DNA of 62,584 nt, filler included, from Sphacelaria rigidula (lineage: Eukaryota), in NCBI GenBank assembly GCA_964200075.2. It is 10 parts of 10 records of this genome, joined end to end, with 100 filler letters (N's around TTAATTAATTAA, not from the genome) between each part and the next. Parts side by side here need not be neighbours in the genome. Positions count along the whole stretch, not along the records: positions 6,270 to 12,438 come from CAXNAA020021779.1; positions 12,539 to 18,707 come from CAXNAA020021780.1; positions 18,808 to 24,976 come from CAXNAA020021781.1; 7 more parts are not named here. One strand, given 5' to 3'. This document shows, in pieces, positions 11,070 through 22,425 of this stretch (position 1 is the first letter of the stretch; each line of letters opens with the position of its first letter). Both the position numbers and the translations under genes were made by a program. The notes under the pieces were generated by a model. The model was given only the letters and a program-made list of their open reading frames with translations. It ran no database searches and had not been told where the DNA came from.

Positions 11070-14000
11070 TGGCCAAAGTTGCGATCCCTGATGCGTTTTG
11101 GATTCGTACACCGTGGCTTGAGAAGCGGCACTGATGCGGGGGTAATCGTTCACACAACTCACGTGTTTGTAAACGATGATCAATAGCCTGAATCAGTCGA
11201 TGCAAATAATAGTATTGTTTAACGCCTCGGTCATCTCTGGTCAAACCCTGCGTCTCTCAACCAATCTCACGCTCTCACACAAAAACACACACTCAATTTC
11301 TCTCGCTCAATATCTCACATAAACTCTCACCATATACTACACTTATGCAAACCCCCAGAGCAAGGCACGTCGGCAACTTCACCCAAACCAGACTGATCGA
11401 CGGAGGGCGAGAGGCAGCGCGCTCGTTCGTGCTGCAAATGCATCGTACTCGCATAATCTTTTTGATCAGACACTCTTCCTCTGATTGTCTACCACAATCC
11501 TCCGCAGCCCCAACGTGGTTGATGCTGCATGTAGTACACGATATCTTATATCACTCTTGTTCATGACTGGGTTTGAGCATATTCGATCAGCCCCGCTGCT
11601 CACACATCAGTCGTGACTTGAAACCCTATACTATTGAAAACTGGAAAGGAAAATGCCAATCTGACACAAAATAAATCATCTTCAGCCATGCTCAAACTCC
11701 ACAAGATATCATATATATTAAGAATCCAATTTGTCCAGAAAATAGAACATCCTGCATTATTCTCCCTTTCGCGAAAGTATGTTCCATGTAAACCTCAGGC
11801 CAAGAAGGGTTCACATCATCGAGTTTTTTTATCCCCTGGTTTTCGTGACCACAGCGCTTCTATGGAAACATTTGCATTCACTCCAAAACTAAACGCAGAA
11901 GAAGAAATAAATCAAGCTACGTTGGCATCTCGGTGATACTAGAAACTGAGGTGAATTCGATCAAACTCGAACTAAACTAAGGTCGAACATACGATACAGT
12001 TCAAAAGGGTATGGCCGGGATTTCTACGTGAAAGAGAAGTCTTTAGCCTTAATGTTCAAACATTCTAGATCCACGCAAGTTTTTCTACGCAAAATGATCC
12101 TCAATAAATCCTAAAATGCCCAGTGAAGAACGCCAGCCATCGACTGCTGCAAGTCTGATGTCTCATCAAATAAACCACCACTGCAGTAGTCGCATAAATC
12201 CATCCTCATTTATAACCGATAGGTCCAAAACCTTATTTGGAACAAAACTCATGCAAAGGATGAACCTACTGATACGCAGTAGCTGTCGACATCGATCTCT
12301 GGTCTCTGCATTTCTCCTCTGGTCAAAAGCCTCGAACTGCTACAGAAGGAGATAACAGCCGATTTTCGAAAATGGGGTTGAAAACAAAAATGAGGTTCAA
12401 CTCAAAAGCCGTGCTTGCCCTGACCTAAATTCAAGACANNNNNNNNNNNNNNNNNNNNNNNNNNNNNNNNNNNNNNNNNNNNTTAATTAATTAANNNNNN
12501 NNNNNNNNNNNNNNNNNNNNNNNNNNNNNNNNNNNNNNTTTGTGTAGTGGTGTGTTTTGATTGTCTTGTTTTCGGATTACTGCGCGCCCGCGTAGGGCGA
12601 GGGCTTGGGTGCGGGGGGGGGGGGGCTATCATACAAAGTGTCAATGTCAAAGCAAAATAGAAGACACTTGGCAATTGAAAGCAGCCACCTATTGAGTTTC
12701 GCACTGTGGACCGGTTCGCGCCACTATACGGGACTTTAGGCCAACTGTACCTTTGATGCTTCAATCGTTTCTACTCCCGGCAGCCTCCGTTGCACGTCAT
12801 TCGAAGTAGTACCACGACCGGATGTGTCCACCAACAATATACCCATATGTTACACATAAAGATTCGCCTCAAAACCATCTTCTCCTACATGCCGATCATA
12901 TCCATTGTAACCGCAGAGCATGAGGGAAGGTCGATTTTATCACCCTGTCCCGCCATCTCATCACAGTCGCAGCGGATGGTTTAGGTGGAGGATCGTCTCC
13001 AACCACGAGCGTTAGATGAAGCCAATAAGCCAACCAACATATATATAGTATATATATAATATTTCGAACTCACGAGCGTGAAGCATACTTTATAACGAGG
13101 CGTCTACGGGATTCAATGCTGATTTTAGTGTGCAAGTTCCTCCGCACACGCCCCGGGAGATGACTGTTCGGGCCGATGCCAATGCTAGGGGTCCGGGCTA
13201 GCGAATTCGTACTTCACTTTGTGCGGGGGTACACATGCGTTCGCGACGTTCGAATGGACGCGCGATCGCGGTGGTCCTGCAATGTTTCCGGCGGGCATGA
13301 ACATTATTTCGAGAGAGGATATATTCTCACGAGGGCTTTCACGAGGGCTTGGCAAGGCAAGGATACCGAGACCCTCGAAAACGACAGACGGGTCCCGTGC
13401 GACTTGTATATATATATATATATATAGGTTTTCCCAACAAGTAGATATTATTCTAGCACGTGTTTGAGGGATAACATGCAGTGAACACATGAATCGAGAG
13501 GCGGCAGGCAACAATGGAAATAAAACATATGACAATATATATATACAACGAAATGCCGCAGACGATAAATGAAGTCGACAAGCTAACGACCACGAGACTA
13601 AATGTGTAGGTGTTTTCGACAAGTACGTATTGAGCACGTCCTTTGAAGGACAACGTGCAACGAAAACATGAATCGAGAGGCGACATGTAACGAGGAAATA
13701 CTATGCAAACAGAATAAAATAAAATGAGTTTCGGCGCTCCGTAAGGGTAGGTAGGTGTGCGGAATACCTTTCCTCGTGTACCCTTGACACACGACATTGA
13801 TAGATACTTACTAGTATTGTCAGTCTCGCGAGAGTTGATGTATTGTTTTCGGGGAAATATTGATATGATATGACATAATATCCATGGCACGTATAGTCGT
13901 CGAATTTCCGGGGGTACATTGATATTTTGGATCGTATCATTATCATACCAATATCAACATCACGGTAAATAACACATGTCATTGGGTGTGATATGATATA

Positions 14001-16070
14001 TAGAAAACATAGGGTGGTACTGTGCGATATCGGAGCAGTATATGAGACAAAGTTTGGAACACGTCCCACCCACCTTCATGCACCTACGTATCAGAATATT
14101 TCCAAGATCCGAGAACAACACACGCTCGATGTGCGCCACATCACGAACGCACCATACCACCCACCGCCCACCACCCATCACTCACACTCCACCGGGCACT
14201 GGGCACTCCCACCATGAGCGACAATACGATCTCAGTCAAACGCTGGCTTAAAGGCGTCTGATGAGCTTGGTGACTGTTCAGCAGAGTCCCCGACTATCCT
14301 AGTCCCGGACTCTCAGCCGCCAGCTTTGACACCCGCAGATGGGTCACCGTTCGCTGTGACAAACACAGAGAATGGTGGTATCATCATGTGCGGTTGGTGG
14401 CGCGATTGGGGTGCTGCGTTTGAGTACGGTTCGATGTAATGTTGTCTGCGCGTGGTTCAGCGCAGTGTCCGATATCGTGGGTCGGTCGGATCATTTTTGC
14501 ACGCATTTTAAAGTAGTTGTGTCACCATGTTTGTCATGCGGACTGGTCTTTTGGGGGGCATTTAGGGGGTAGGGGGTAGAGGGCTGGGGTTCAGCGAGGG
14601 AGATGATGTCGTGCGGGGTGTGAGGCAATATAATAAAGTCGTACATGGCTTGTAACGGCATGTTGTTTGGGGTTGACAACAACACCGGCCGCTCGGGTAC
14701 AACCTCAGTACCTCGCGCAAGTGAGCATTCGGCGCTGAGGACGGATTTACTTGTGCGCCTGGAAGCATGTGATATCAAAGTGATACTGTGATAGAGCTCT
14801 AGAGCTATGGCTTTAGAGACCAGAGCAACAATGCGCGACATGGCAAGCAACGGGAAGTTTCAAGAGACGAATAAAATCATCAGTTGGTGGTATTCGTAAA
14901 ACGGTTCCGAATAATATGTGATGTTTGGCAATTGGGGTTGAGCCCCATGTCAATGTTCGACCCCATTTTTCAGGATCCTCTGTTTGATCTTAATATGACA
15001 TGGTTAATCACAGAACATCACTTAGTCGTCGGGAATGGCGGGTATGTAGGCTGACTCACGTTTATGTGCCAAAGTTCGTTCATCCGCAAATGCTCACGCC
15101 AATTATTGGAATTAGACCCTGAAGATTTGCACACATTTAGTACGGGGCATTCGAAAATTTCAAACGGTGTATTTTTCTTTGTCGCCAGTCATCGGGAGTA
15201 TCAGGGTTCGCGAGGAATTTTGGAGATCACATGCCCATCTGGGATCTCCGATAACTGGCCAAAAAAGGGACTGCTTACCGGCCTCCGGGGGCTTACCGCC
15301 GGGACCACCCGAAGCCGGTGAAAAACGGATAATCTTCGAAATGTTTTTCTGAGGGCATTTTTGTTTTGGGATCCCTACCGACCTACCCAGTTTGAGGGCG
15401 GCTGGACATTTTTTTACATGAACGTTACTGGGCACACCTCACGAAAGCGTGCTGTTATTAGACGAAACTGATTGAATCCCAGCGTCGAGTATTTTCCATG
15501 TCCGCATGACGTGTGCTTGTAGGTTTCCTCTGTATCTCCTCCCTAGCTCGATGGTTGCGCTCGATCTTTTCTGTTTTCACCTATTCTTTTTCGAGGGTTT
15601 TAAAAACACGGAGACATCCGACTAGGTGATATGGAGGATAATATTGCAATAGTGTAATGGTCTTGATTTTCAGATCGGTTCTTTACCCTAAAGCTATGTT
15701 TATGCCTTCACTTTTTACGCACTTCTAGGCATGATACGGTTGATGCTCCTCTTTGATTCGAAACCGCGGCATGTGGAGGCGGCGGGATGTGTTTCCAGAA
15801 TTGAGAAAAAAATGGGTTTCAACGTACGTTACCTGCACGCTTATTTTCTTCTTTTTAGCGAGAATTTTTATTTTGAAGCGCTCTCACATCAACTTAAGCC
15901 TCATACGAACGGGAGGCGCTCGGTAAAGTAATTGCACATGACCCATCGAAACATTATCGGCACATACATGCTGCAAATAACCTGACATATTTGATCAACT
16001 GAATATTGTTTACCTGTGCCATGCGCTGGACCTTGCTATCGTACCCCACGTCGACATTATTCCAACGTAG

Positions 16071-16718
16071 AACATGGCCGCCACATCTTTCGGGCTGCTT
16101 GGCGAAGGTGTTTTGCCATATCCATACCTCTCCCGGGTCTCTTCAGTCGGGAAAATCGTTGCCGACTACCAAGACCGGACGGTGGTACTGATGCGCTCGA
16201 AGTCCAAGGGCACTTCCGATGTCTCAGAGGAGTGGCTCCCGGACACCTTCATCGCCCAGCTTCTTTGCAACAGCAAGGCGCTCACAGTCGCGGGACTAGA
16301 AGACAAGACGGTCGGTGTGATGAGCTTTTTGGAGATGCTATCCGTGTTTGTTGGCGCAAACCGTGGCGCTACCGGCAACGGCGTGGTCATGATCGACGGC
16401 ACGAGCGTCTTGAAACCAATGTTCGACGCCGGGAGTGAAACGCCACTCTCTACCTCAGAAGGCAACACCGCAGGGGAGAACGGCAGCACCCTATACCTGG
16501 GCACGTTGGGCTTAGTCTTAGTACTCGACGTCATCGAGGGCTACAGTAACGAGCAGTTGTCGAAGGTGCAGGTTGTCGAAGCACCATGGCCTCCGGTATA
16601 CGTTCTGGAAACCGTTGCCGCCCCGACCGGGATCGTCCTGGTGAACAGCGTCAACTGTGGGTATCTAGACTTCGCGATGAATCTGTTGCGGTCTGTTCGG
16701 AACGTGAGCGAGGCAAAG
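16071..16718 (+). CDS. Internal exon of a nucleotide-diphospho-sugar transferase (GT77/Nucleotid_trans-like) glycosyltransferase
   Basis: 648-bp open phase 0-0 exon (TAG acceptor ending at 16070, GTGCGC donor at 16719) ending in IVLVNSVNCGYLDFAMNLLRSVR, resembling the N-terminal motif of GT77-type enzymes. Confidence 0.65.
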
Positions 16719-16924
16719 GTGCGCAAAACGAGGCGGGCCTTCGGCCTAGTAGAGCTTTACGGAAAGCGTTTATTATAGCCCATCAGCTACGCTCTTGTCG
16801 ACTCCCCTGAGGTCATGTGACGCTAGGGTCACTACATGCTTGTAAATGGGATATACTGTACTCATGGCGGGAACACTAGTGCGTCTAGCTTCTTCATGGT
16901 AGCCTACACCTAAGGCCGTCATTG

Positions 16925-17790
16925 TGAGTAACGGTTTGAAATATCTTTTCCGTCGATGTTCCCTAGCTTCCCTTTCCTTTCGTTCTTCTTGCATCATTCT
17001 GCTTTCCGTTTTCTATATCTTTCCCTTTCCTTATCTTTTTTTTCTTTTTTTTCCATTTATTTTTGCTGTTCTGTCCACCTCACTTGTGTTGCTTTGTTCG
17101 GTCTCGTTTTATTTCTTCTCTTTCTTGCTCACTCGTTTCCCTTTTTTTTTCTGTATTCACTTTTCTCCTATTATCTCTCTTTTCTTCTCTTCTTTTTCCT
17201 GCTCTGCTGTCTTCCGTTTCGATCTGGGTAACGGTTTGAACTTCGTTTTATTTTCCCGATACCGAGCTCGGTTCATGTCTGCTTCGTGTATGGGCTCCTT
17301 TTCTGTCGTGATCCCAGTAGTTTTCGCTTTTCCTCTAGTTTCCCTCTGATTTATCCGCCTTTCCCGCTGATTCCCTTCCACTCGTATGTCTCTGTTTTTT
17401 TTTTCCGCCCTGTGTTTGCCTCTTTTCTTCTCCCGCCCTTCCCTCCCGGTTTCCGCTTTGTTCAACGCTCTCATAATTTCTCGTTTTCTTTTTTCATAAG
17501 CAACGGCTTGAACTGTCTGATCACTCGACGTTCTTGTCCGGGTTCCTTGTCGTTCTTGTTTCTGATACTCGTAGGGTCTGATTCTTTTTTTCTTCTTGGC
17601 GAAAGCGTTTCATTCGTTATCTTTCAATACTTCTATTGTTTCTTCCTTTCCTTTTTTTTCTTCCTTTTCTCTTCTTTTGTTTGCTTTTCGTTTTTCCTAC
17701 GATGTTTCCAAGCTCTGTTCCCTGTTGCTCATGTCTGCTTCGTATGTGGGTCCCTTTTTTTATTGCTCAAGTAACTTATGCTTTTCCTTT
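16925..17790. repeat. Pyrimidine-rich low-complexity tract punctuated by AACGG(T/C)TTGAA; similar tract at ~18345-18660
   Basis: Strong T/C strand bias; motif at 16930, 17230, 17502. Confidence 0.75.
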
Positions 17791-17974
17791 TATTAGCCTC
17801 TGTTCCCCCGCCCCCTCTCCTGGTCCGGCGAAAACCCGACGTGCTCTGTCCCAGCTTTGTAGAGGTGCGGGGTCACTGATCTCATGACAACATCATGCAA
17901 GATCATGACTACACCCCCTCCTCTCCCCCCCCAATCCTTTGGAGGGTTTGCGTCGGTTGGTGACGACGGTGTAA

Positions 17975-18170
17975 AACACACCACTTATTGCGTAAGCTAG
18001 GCAACCTCGCTTGCATTTTTGTTTTTTGCGCTTGCATTCCTTTTGGGGTAGCCATGATGATGGTCGAGCTAGATCATATTGTGCGGGGCGGGAGAACTTC
18101 AATTCCGCGCAAAGAGGATGATTGTGCCACTGAGTGTTGAATTGGTGAGACACCCATGAGGCCGTGTGGA
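17975..18170. repeat. Interspersed repeat; inverted homolog at ~18808-19030 in the next contig
   Basis: gtcgagctagatcatattgtgcgg..gggagaac matches the reverse complement of gttctccc..ccgcacaacatgatctagctcgac. Confidence 0.7.
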
Positions 18171-19686
18171 ACATGTGGTTGTCTCTGGAAGTGGTGATAC
18201 CCGAAACTGAAGCGACTCATCGGAGTCTGTCATCCATATGCAAGATAATTAGTGCGCTTTGAGTCAGACGATTTTAGTGGGATGCAGCCCACCCTTCAAG
18301 ATCAATGATTTTACGACTACGTAATGCAAGAGCATGAGTATACGTTCCTCCCTCCCCCCGCCTTTTTTTTTCTGTATTTCCTTCCCTTCGCTTCCTTTCT
18401 CATCTCCTTTCCTTTCTCCTTTTCTGTTCTCGTGTTTTTCTTCTCATTTCGTTGCTTTTTCTTCTGTTTTTTTTTTGTTTCCTGTTTTGGTTCCGTTCCC
18501 TCGCTTTACTTCTGCTGTTTTTACGCCTGCATCATATTCGGACTCCTTCTTTTTTTGTCTTCGTGTAGCTTCTGTTTTCTTCCTTTCGTTCTGTTCGTTC
18601 GTTTCTTTCTGCTTCCCCCCCCCCCCCCCTTTTCCTTTTTTTTTCCTTTCTTTTTTTTAAACCGGCGCCAGCGGCAAAGTTCACCTGCAGAACGGAGAAT
18701 CATTTGGNNNNNNNNNNNNNNNNNNNNNNNNNNNNNNNNNNNNNNNNNNNNTTAATTAATTAANNNNNNNNNNNNNNNNNNNNNNNNNNNNNNNNNNNNN
18801 NNNNNNNATACACTGCCCCACGGGTGTTTCACCATTGAAACATCACGTAGTACGATCATCCCCATTGTGCGGAGTCAAGGTTCTCCCACGCCGCACAACA
18901 TGATCTAGCTCGACTACCATTATGATTACCGCAAAAAAGACACCAGCGCGCCAAAAACACGGTAACCTGGTTGTACAGCTTACGCAGTCAGTGGCGTGGT
19001 TTATAGCATCATCGCCAACCGACGCCAACACCGTCGGGGGTCCGCCCGACAACTTTTTCGCTTCAACTGCTACCCCCCCCTCCTCCTTTTACTGTTCACT
19101 TCCGCGGGACCAAATCAGCTGCTTAGAGCTGCGATGCAGCGATGAACGTGGCGAAACTACCGAACCTCTGTATGTTGGTGGTGCTATTTTCCCTCGCATT
19201 TTCTCCCCGACTGTTTGTTTTTTTATATGTTCCGGAGGCAGTGAATGCATTGTACCAATTCAACGTATTGCGATATATGTCGGGATGTGATACGAAAAGT
19301 CGGGATAAGTGTGTGACCGGTGTCGCGACTCACGCTCGTGATTCCTATAAGACAAAATTGTGGTCATCACGATCACACAAATTGTAATAGAATAAAAAAT
19401 GAAGCAGTCTTAATGCGCACCGGGTAGTCCTACGGCCCACAGACATACCATGAGTAAGGATGTGTAGAGGACAGAATCCTCCAGACCTTCCTCCCGGGTG
19501 ATGCCGGCACGGCGTCTTGTTTATCGGGGGATGTTTTACGCCGTATGATCCCCGCCACATATATATATATATACATGTTTATATATCCATTCCATTCTAC
19601 CGCAGCGTATATGCTGCAAAACGCAGACCCCACTGGATGCTCACCACTACGGAGCATGCCACCGCAAGTTCGGTGCTCGCATTCAC

Positions 19687-20679
19687 TCAAAACTCCCCGG
19701 GCTCCGGTAAGCTGTCAGAATCCAACTCCCCCTCGCTGTCCGCTGCGCTATTATATGGTAATACCGACAAAATGTGAGAGGCAGCGGCGGCCGCCCCCGC
19801 CCCAGGAGGGTCGGAGGTGTCGAGGTGCAGGAGGTATAGGTGAACCACCGACTTCCCGTCCTCTCTCTTCTTGAACAATGCGTTGTCCACTTCCTTGCGA
19901 AAGGCCCAGAGGCAGACGGAGCAGAGGCGACTGTCTGCGCCCAGATTGATCCTGTCCCAACTCGGGTGCTTGGCCGCAGCATCACTCGCTCTGAAGAATT
20001 CTTCCATGAGTCAACATTTCCCCCCGGCTCTATTCAACGCGGTCTTCGGCGACCGCCCACATGCTACGCACCTCGCCGCCGCCCGCTACTCCTTCCGCTT
20101 CTCCGTCCTCATCACGGAATAGAAGCAATCGGGGGCGGGTTTTAGACAAACGCGGCTTGGAACCCAATCCTTGACAATTGCCGTGTGTGCCGCCGCGCCC
20201 GTAGCTGACATCCTTTCCCAAAATTCCGCCGCATCGGCGACCACCGCGTCATTCGCAAGATGCCGAAAAAGGGGGTCGGCGCCTCGTGGGTCCGGCGGTC
20301 GCCGGTGGCACGCGCAGCACAACAAATCGCCGGAGTGCACGAGACTACCTGGACACACAGGGCACGAAATCGGTCACACCTCAGTGGAGCCATAGACCGC
20401 GTTTCCGCATGATGGCGTCGCACGCTTTTGCCTCTTCGGGGTCTGCACGTCGGCCTGCCCAACACGCGGTTCTTCTGCACAGGTGGCTGGCGTCGGTCGT
20501 TGAGCCCCCAACAGGAAACCCGCCACCATTCCCGAGCTATCCCCGCCCTTGCGCTGCAGACTGTCGGCGAGTGCATCGTCGGGTGCCGCCCGCCTACGAC
20601 GGCAGGCGCTCGCCGTCGGCGACCGGCGTGCTGTGACGGGTACTACCCGGAGACGGTTCATCGCCCGAAGTGCCGTCAC
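19687..20679 (-). pseudogene. Decayed intronless Cys-rich (zinc-finger-like) ORF, probably transposon-derived
   Basis: Three track ORFs (20374-20679, 20086-20358, 19687-20007) share one frame broken by stops at 20374-76, 20086-88 and 20011-13; contains CPVC..CCAC and CVAC..LCSVC. Confidence 0.6.
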
Positions 20680-20959
20680 GATCAGACTGGGCTAACTGGG
20701 GCGATCGCTGGGCCGCCGCGTGCCTGCTGTCATCCGTCGCCATGCAGTCGGGTTCGCACGCGGGGTTTACCGCTCCTGGCACAGGAGGTGGTAGCCCCTC
20801 TTCGCCGATGCGCACTGGTCTTCCGCCCCAATCGTTCCCACCTGCGCCCGATGGTGTGCACGACGATAGGAGATACAGTATGGGTAACATCCGGCGGGAG
20901 GGGGGGGGTACTCATGGTCATTCATGCCATATGGCGGCGGGGGGATCGTGATCACCGCA

Positions 20960-21771
20960 TCGACCGTGTGCCGAACAACCGTGTACTCCGCTCGCCCTCT
21001 CGACCGTGGGTCACCGCAATATCTGTAGCATATTCGGTACTGAACAGTCAGTACAGGACGCTCTACCAGAGACGCCCGCTTACAATTTTCAGCACCGCAC
21101 AGAGCGCCTCGTGCTTGGTGCAGTGTGTTTGCCCACAGGACCCCACAACATTGGTTATCTCAATCCAACTTGGTGGGGCCGACAGTGCTTCGCAGTTCCA
21201 AGCACGCGATTCAAGATCGCAGCCGGAGTTCGATGAACTGCGATGGACGCGAACGTTGCATGTTCCGGTGTCTCACCCACGATGCAAATCTCGATCCTGG
21301 AATTCAATGGTCGGTGAGTTCAAATGCAACTTGGATCTACACCTCAAGTGTTGCCTGTCATCACCCCTGTTCAGAAAGAAAATGTGGAACAAATACAGGA
21401 GGGCGACTGGCGCCTTGTGGTGAGTAATATCTCCTGTTGCGCCGCTCCTTACACTATATTTCATGGCGACCAATCTCGACTTGTACAAACATTACAATTT
21501 CGGCACGCCTAGAGGCGACATCCTCCAGTTGATTGTTTTTTCGGACCCCAGTCCGTTCGGCAATGCTTTTCGGGCAGCTGTTAGCAAACGGCATGGATTC
21601 TCCGACTATCCAGACGTAGACTTCTGGTATCTCCACTTTGTGCTCAAATCAGGATGCTCCCGCATCTCCCCGGATTATCCCTCCCCCCAAACGGGTGAGA
21701 TGCGGGATTGTTACGACTTCAACAGAAAGGTGATGTATCACAATTCAACGTCCACACCATCGGAGAATTGA
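20960..21771 (+). pseudogene. Unknown intronless ORF (~270 codons) with a single in-frame TGA at 21421-21423
   Basis: ORFs ending at 21423 and 21463-21771 are in the same frame; globular-looking composition; no family recognised; start approximate. Confidence 0.4.
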
Positions 21772-22043
21772 CCTCGTGAGCTCCCAACTAGCCACGAAAC
21801 ATAGTCCAACGGACTGGGGTCCGAAAAATCAGTCCGCGAAAGTAAATCGCCTCTACACCGGCTGAAATCCTAATACTTGTACAACTCGAGATTGGTTGCC
21901 AAAAACAATGCGCTTCGAGCAACCAAAAAAAAAAACGTATAAAACCACATTTGAACCTCCTCTTTTGTCTTCTCACGCCGGTAAAAAAAGCCAGATGGAG
22001 TTTGACACCTCGGAGAGAGTTGCTGTACAGCTGTGGCCCGGAG

Positions 22044-22262
22044 ATTATTATTATCATCATTATTATCATTATCATTATTATGATTATGATTATGATTATG
22101 ATTATGATTATGATTATTATGATTATTATGATTATGATTATGATTATTATGATTATGATTATGATTATTATGATTATTATGATTATTATGATTATTATGA
22201 TTATTATGATTATTATGATTATTATGATTATTATGATTATTATGATTATTATGATTATTATG

Positions 22263-22298
<36 letters not shown>

Positions 22299-22362
22299 GT
22301 TATTATTATTATTATTATTATTGTTATTATTATTGTTATTATTATTGTTGTTCTTCTTCTTC

Positions 22363-22423
<61 letters not shown>
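22044..22423. repeat. Compound trinucleotide microsatellite (ATT)n with ATC/ATG/GTT/CTT variants
   Basis: Direct reading, ~380 bp. Confidence 0.97.

Positions 22424-22425
<2 letters not shown>

Noticed and set aside
12483..12764. ORFs ending in X-runs and LIN (also 43825-44028 and the tail of 25021-25596)
   Set aside because: They read into the artificial spacer
16924..18755. Phe/Leu/Ser-rich ORFs that look like membrane proteins, and Lys/Arg/Glu-rich antisense ORFs
   Set aside because: By-products of pyrimidine-rich low-complexity DNA
21421..21423. Selenocysteine read-through of the in-frame TGA
   Set aside because: No redox motif context and no SECIS-like hairpin recognised downstream
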